Source: Acidobacteriaceae bacterium (GTDB taxonomy: Bacteria; Acidobacteriota; Terriglobia; Terriglobales; Acidobacteriaceae). From it: DNA of 64,000 nucleotides. The position numbers and the translations under genes were made by a program. Below, piece after piece: positions 60,406 to 64,000 of this stretch (position 1 is its first letter; each line of letters starts with the position of its first letter). Where the stretch lies: the NCBI GenBank assembly GCA_049965615.1, contig JBMFWD010000013.1, positions 2,337 to 66,336 of the forward strand, read 5' to 3'. Below the pieces are notes generated by a model. The model worked only from the letters and a program-made list of their open reading frames with translations, ran no database searches and was not told the DNA's origin.

Positions 60406-61911
60406 ATGAGTTCGCAAGCCTTTGAATTGGTGAATGAGAGCGGAATTGGCAGCGTAGGGAAGGCGCGAGCGATTCCGATTACGGTAGCGGCCGGGGATGG
60501 GATTGGACCGGAGATTATGGCATCGGTGCTTTCGATATTGACTGCGGCGGGCGCGCATCTGGATGCGGAGTTTGTGGAGGTAGGCGAGCAGGTTTATCTG
60601 CGTGGTAATACTTCCGGGATTCCGAAAGAGGCCTGGGACTCGATTGCGCGGACGCGGGTGATGCTGAAGGCTCCGATTACGACGCCGCAGGGTGGCGGGT
60701 ACAAGTCACTGAACGTGACGATGCGGAAGACGCTGGGTTTGTATGCGAATGTGCGGCCTTGCCGGACGTACAAGCCGGTGGTGGAGACGCGGCATCCGGA
60801 CATGGATGTGGTGATTGTGCGCGAGAACGAAGAGGACCTGTACGCGGGCATTGAGCACCGGCAGACGCAGGATGTGGCGCAGTGCCTGAAGCTGATTACG
60901 CGGCGCGGGTCGGAGCGGATTGCGCGCTACGCGTTTGAGTATGCGCGGAAACAGGGGCGGCGCAAGGTGACCTGCATGGTGAAGGACAACATCATGAAGG
61001 TGACGGACGGGCTGTTCCACAAGGTGTTTGACGAAATTGCGCAGGAGTATTCGGAGATTGAGGCGAAGAGCCAGATTGTGGACTTCGGGATGGCGAATTT
61101 TGTGCACCGGCCCTCGGACTATGACGTGGTGGTGCTGCCGAACCTTTACGGGGACATTCTCTCTGACATCGCGGCTCAGATGACCGGCTCGGTGGGGCTG
61201 GGCGGCTCGGTGAACATTGGATCGGGCGGCGCGATCTTCGAGGCGATTCATGGATCGGCACCGGACTTGCCTGCGGATGTCGCGAACCCTTCGGGGCTGC
61301 TGCTGGCCGGCGTGGAGATGCTGCGTCACCTGGGTCGCGGCGCGGTTGCGGCGAAGGTGATGAATGCCTGGCTGTGCACGCTGGAGGATGGCATCCACAC
61401 GCGGGATATTGCGGGGCCACACACGGTGGAGCATGCGGGTACGCGGCGCTTTACCGAAGCTGTGATTGAGCGGCTTGGAAATCGTCCAGAGAAACTGGCG
61501 GCGGTGGACGAGCCGGTGGAGAGTGCGGAGGCAGAGGCAGAGTCGGGCGCGATTTCCATTGAAATTCGCAAGACTGTGCATGAAGAGAAGGTGTTGGCTG
61601 GCGTGGATGTGTTTGTGGACTGGGACGGCATTGCTCCGGGCGAGCTTGCGATTCGCCTGCAGGCTGCAGCCGGGACGCTGTTCGAGCTGAAGATGATTAC
61701 AAATCGCGGCGTGAAGGTGTGGCCGAACGGAAACGAGAAGACACTGTGCACAGACCACTGGCGCTGCAGGTTTGAGGCTGGCGGCAGAAAGATTGAGGAT
61801 GTTGCGGAGCTGCTGCTGAAGCTGGCTAACTCGGGGATTGAGTTCATCAAGACGGAGCATCTTTACCAGTTTGATGGGAAGCCTGGGTATTCGATGGGGC
61901 AGGGACAGTAA
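60406..61911 (+). CDS. icd: Isocitrate dehydrogenase (Rickettsia/Xanthomonas/Thermus-type with C-terminal extension)
   Basis: GDGIGPEI, KAPITTP..SLNV..RK, RENEEDLY, KDNIMK, NLYGDILSD, FEAIHGSAPD; tail ITNRGVKVWP..DHWRCRF. Confidence 0.92.
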   Translation: MSSQAFELVNESGIGSVGKARAIPITVAAGDGIGPEIMASVLSILTAAGAHLDAEFVEVGEQVYLRGNTSGIPKEAWDSIARTRVMLKAPITTPQGGGYKSLNVTMRKTLGLYANVRPCRTYKPVVETRHPDMDVVIVRENEEDLYAGIEHRQTQDVAQCLKLITRRGSERIARYAFEYARKQGRRKVTCMVKDNIMKVTDGLFHKVFDEIAQEYSEIEAKSQIVDFGMANFVHRPSDYDVVVLPNLYGDILSDIAAQMTGSVGLGGSVNIGSGGAIFEAIHGSAPDLPADVANPSGLLLAGVEMLRHLGRGAVAAKVMNAWLCTLEDGIHTRDIAGPHTVEHAGTRRFTEAVIERLGNRPEKLAAVDEPVESAEAEAESGAISIEIRKTVHEEKVLAGVDVFVDWDGIAPGELAIRLQAAAGTLFELKMITNRGVKVWPNGNEKTLCTDHWRCRFEAGGRKIEDVAELLLKLANSGIEFIKTEHLYQFDGKPGYSMGQGQ

Positions 61912-61934
61912 GCAGCCGTGGATCAAGGAGGAGC

Positions 61935-61966
61935 GGCGCAGAGGAGAAATCCTCTGCGCCCTTTTT
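61935..61966 (+). terminator. Intrinsic terminator after icd
   Basis: GGCGCAGAGGA-GAAA-TCCTCTGCGCC then CTTTTT. Confidence 0.85.
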
Positions 61967-62041
61967 GAGCGCATCTGGAATTTTCATGGCGGTACGGCCT
62001 ATGATAGGTGTTTGCTATTAACCAGGAGTACATACCATTCC

Positions 62042-64000
62042 ATGATGAAAACAGCTTGTTTTGTTCTGGCTTCCTCTGTTTTGCTGGCCACTGGCGCGTT
62101 TGCGCAGAAGCAGCCTCAGCCTCAACCGGAGCCGGTTCCGTGGCCTCCGGCAATTCCGCGGCCTATGGATAAGCCCTACGTAGGGCCGATTCAACTGACG
62201 GTGAATGTGACCAATACGACGGACCGGGTGGAGCACGCGCATGAAGTGATTCCCGTGGTGCCGGGCTCGAAGCAGATGATTCTGCTGTATCCACAGTGGC
62301 TGCCGGGTGATCATGAGCCGGACGGGCCGATCAAGATGCTGGGCGGGATTGTAACGACGGTGGACGGGCATCGCGTGCAGTGGGTTCGCGACCGAGTGAA
62401 TATGTATGCGTTTCATGTGCCGCTGACGCCGGGCGCAAAGACGGTTGGACTGGACTTCGATTATCTTTCGCCGATTAAGCCGAGCGCGGGGCGCATTGAG
62501 ATGTCGAAGGCGCTGATGGACCTGGAGTGGAACGAGGTGCTGATGTATCCGGCGGGGTATTTCTCGCGGGATATTCCTTTCGACACGACGCTGATTCTGC
62601 CGAAGGGGTGGAAGTATGCGACGGCGCTGGAGACGGCTTCGGACATTGGGAATACGGTGAAGTTTCAGCAGACGCCCTTGAACACGCTGGTGGATTCGCC
62701 GCTGTATGCGGGGCTTTATTATGCGCGGTTCAACCTGTCGCCGACGAAGACCGATATTGTGCACCTGAACATTTTCGCGGACAAGCCGGCGGACCTGAAG
62801 ATGACTCCGGAAGAGCTGCAGCTGCACAAGAACTTGGCGCTGCAGGAGGACAAGCTTTTTGGATCGCACCACTACAAGCACTATGATTTCCTCCTGCTCC
62901 TGAGCAGCAAGGTGGGCGGCGTAGGGCTTGAGCATCACCAGTCGAGTGAAGACGGATTAGGCCAGGACTACCTGACGAACTGGAAGGGCGGAGTGCTGGA
63001 GCGTGACCTGCTGGCGCATGAGTCGACGCACTCGTGGAACGGGAAGTTCCGGAGGCCAGATGATCTTTGGACGCCGAACTTCAACGTGCCGATGAGGGAT
63101 GACCTGCTGTGGGTTTACGAAGGCATGACGCAGTATTGGGGCAATGTGCTGACCGCGCGCGCGGGCATGCGGACGAAGGCCCAGACGCGCGATATTTTCG
63201 CTCGCGTGGCAGCAGGCTTTGCAGTGGCGAAGGGACGCGACTGGCGTCCGCTGATTGATACCACGAACCAGCCGATTATTTCGCAGCGCACGCCGGTTAG
63301 CTGGGTGAGCTGGCAGCGTCCGGAAGACTATTACACGGAGGGAATGCTGGTATGGCTGGCCACGGATACGAAGATTCGGCAGCTGACCGATGACAAGAAG
63401 AGCCTGGATGACTTCTGCAAGAAGTTTCTGGGCGTTTACAACGGCAGCATGATTACAGACCAGTACGATTTTAACGACATAGTGAAAGATCTGAACGCGG
63501 TGACGCCTTATAACTGGGCGAAATTCCTGCGGACTCGGATCTATGATCTGCATCCGGCGGTGCCGATGAGCGGGTTTACGCGCGGCGGCTACAAGCTGGT
63601 GTACAACGACACTCCGGTGAAGTGGATGCAGCAGGAGCTTGCGAAGCTTGGCGTTGCCGACTTCTCAACTTCGCTGGGGATTACGGTAGGGCAGTATCGC
63701 GGTCAAGGCGCGCCCGGCATGATCGGGAACGTGAACTGGGAGAGCCCGGCGTTCAAGGCGGGGATGGTTCCGGATACGCAGCTAGTCTCAGTGAATGGGG
63801 AGGCTTACTCTGCGAAGGTTCTGCAGGATGCCATTCTGAAGGCAGAGAAGGATAAGCAGCCGATCGAGATACAATTCCGGCGCGGAAAGAAGTACACGAC
63901 GGTGTCGGTGCCGTATTACGGAGGGTTGCGGATTCCTCATCTGGAGCGGGTGGCCGGTACTCCGGATTACCTGGACCAGATTCTGTCGCCCAGCAAGAGT
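62042..64000 (+). CDS. M61 glycyl aminopeptidase family protein with PDZ (3' end truncated by window)
   Basis: Open frame from ATG 62042 to the window end, absent from the ORF track; signal peptide; PQWLPGDH, GLEHHQSS, LAHESTHSWNG (HExxH), LLWVYEG. Confidence 0.9.
   Translation, partial: MMKTACFVLASSVLLATGAFAQKQPQPQPEPVPWPPAIPRPMDKPYVGPIQLTVNVTNTTDRVEHAHEVIPVVPGSKQMILLYPQWLPGDHEPDGPIKMLGGIVTTVDGHRVQWVRDRVNMYAFHVPLTPGAKTVGLDFDYLSPIKPSAGRIEMSKALMDLEWNEVLMYPAGYFSRDIPFDTTLILPKGWKYATALETASDIGNTVKFQQTPLNTLVDSPLYAGLYYARFNLSPTKTDIVHLNIFADKPADLKMTPEELQLHKNLALQEDKLFGSHHYKHYDFLLLLSSKVGGVGLEHHQSSEDGLGQDYLTNWKGGVLERDLLAHESTHSWNGKFRRPDDLWTPNFNVPMRDDLLWVYEGMTQYWGNVLTARAGMRTKAQTRDIFARVAAGFAVAKGRDWRPLIDTTNQPIISQRTPVSWVSWQRPEDYYTEGMLVWLATDTKIRQLTDDKKSLDDFCKKFLGVYNGSMITDQYDFNDIVKDLNAVTPYNWAKFLRTRIYDLHPAVPMSGFTRGGYKLVYNDTPVKWMQQELAKLGVADFSTSLGITVGQYRGQGAPGMIGNVNWESPAFKAGMVPDTQLVSVNGEAYSAKVLQDAILKAEKDKQPIEIQFRRGKKYTTVSVPYYGGLRIPHLERVAGTPDYLDQILSPSKS

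Overview
This is a core-genome window, most likely from an Acidobacteriota (Terriglobia/Acidobacteriaceae-like) chromosome. That assignment rests on an nadA-motif NAD+-I riboswitch, an acidobacterial-type VWA protein, the split atp operon and the REP-like repeat families. About 65 CDS are mostly housekeeping or envelope genes: msrPQ, S41 protease, PPIase, yhaM-like/EVE, aroC-def-fmt-rsmB, CDF, ubiE-aroB, nadB, terC-tatC-tatB, nadA, hfq-hflX, atpF'FHAGDC, meaB-mce-tsaB-rimI, psd-pssA, GH9, fabI-murI-GerMN-amidase, mccAB-like, yitJ-like, bshB1, recJ, icd and an M61 peptidase (open at the window end and missing from the ORF track). There is one tRNA-Glu(CTC). I saw no integrase, transposase, prophage or CRISPR. 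The most interesting signals are non-coding or contextual: (1) a hairpin whose loop pairs perfectly over 10 bp with a downstream start-Lys-stop micro-ORF (a pseudoknot) in the hfq leader; (2) a ~210-nt rod-like, switchable RNA candidate between hflX and the atp operon, possibly 6S RNA; (3) a perfect palindrome centred between a wHTH regulator and icd; (4) the tandem NAD+-I riboswitch with a divergent second domain; (5) a three-way-junction leader hiding the RBS and start of the yitJ-like gene; (6) a very acidic protein with an SSB-tail-like C-terminus coupled to recJ; (7) an Asd pseudoenzyme coupled to psd-pssA; (8) TerC in line with tatBC. All RNA structures were found by eye, not computed.
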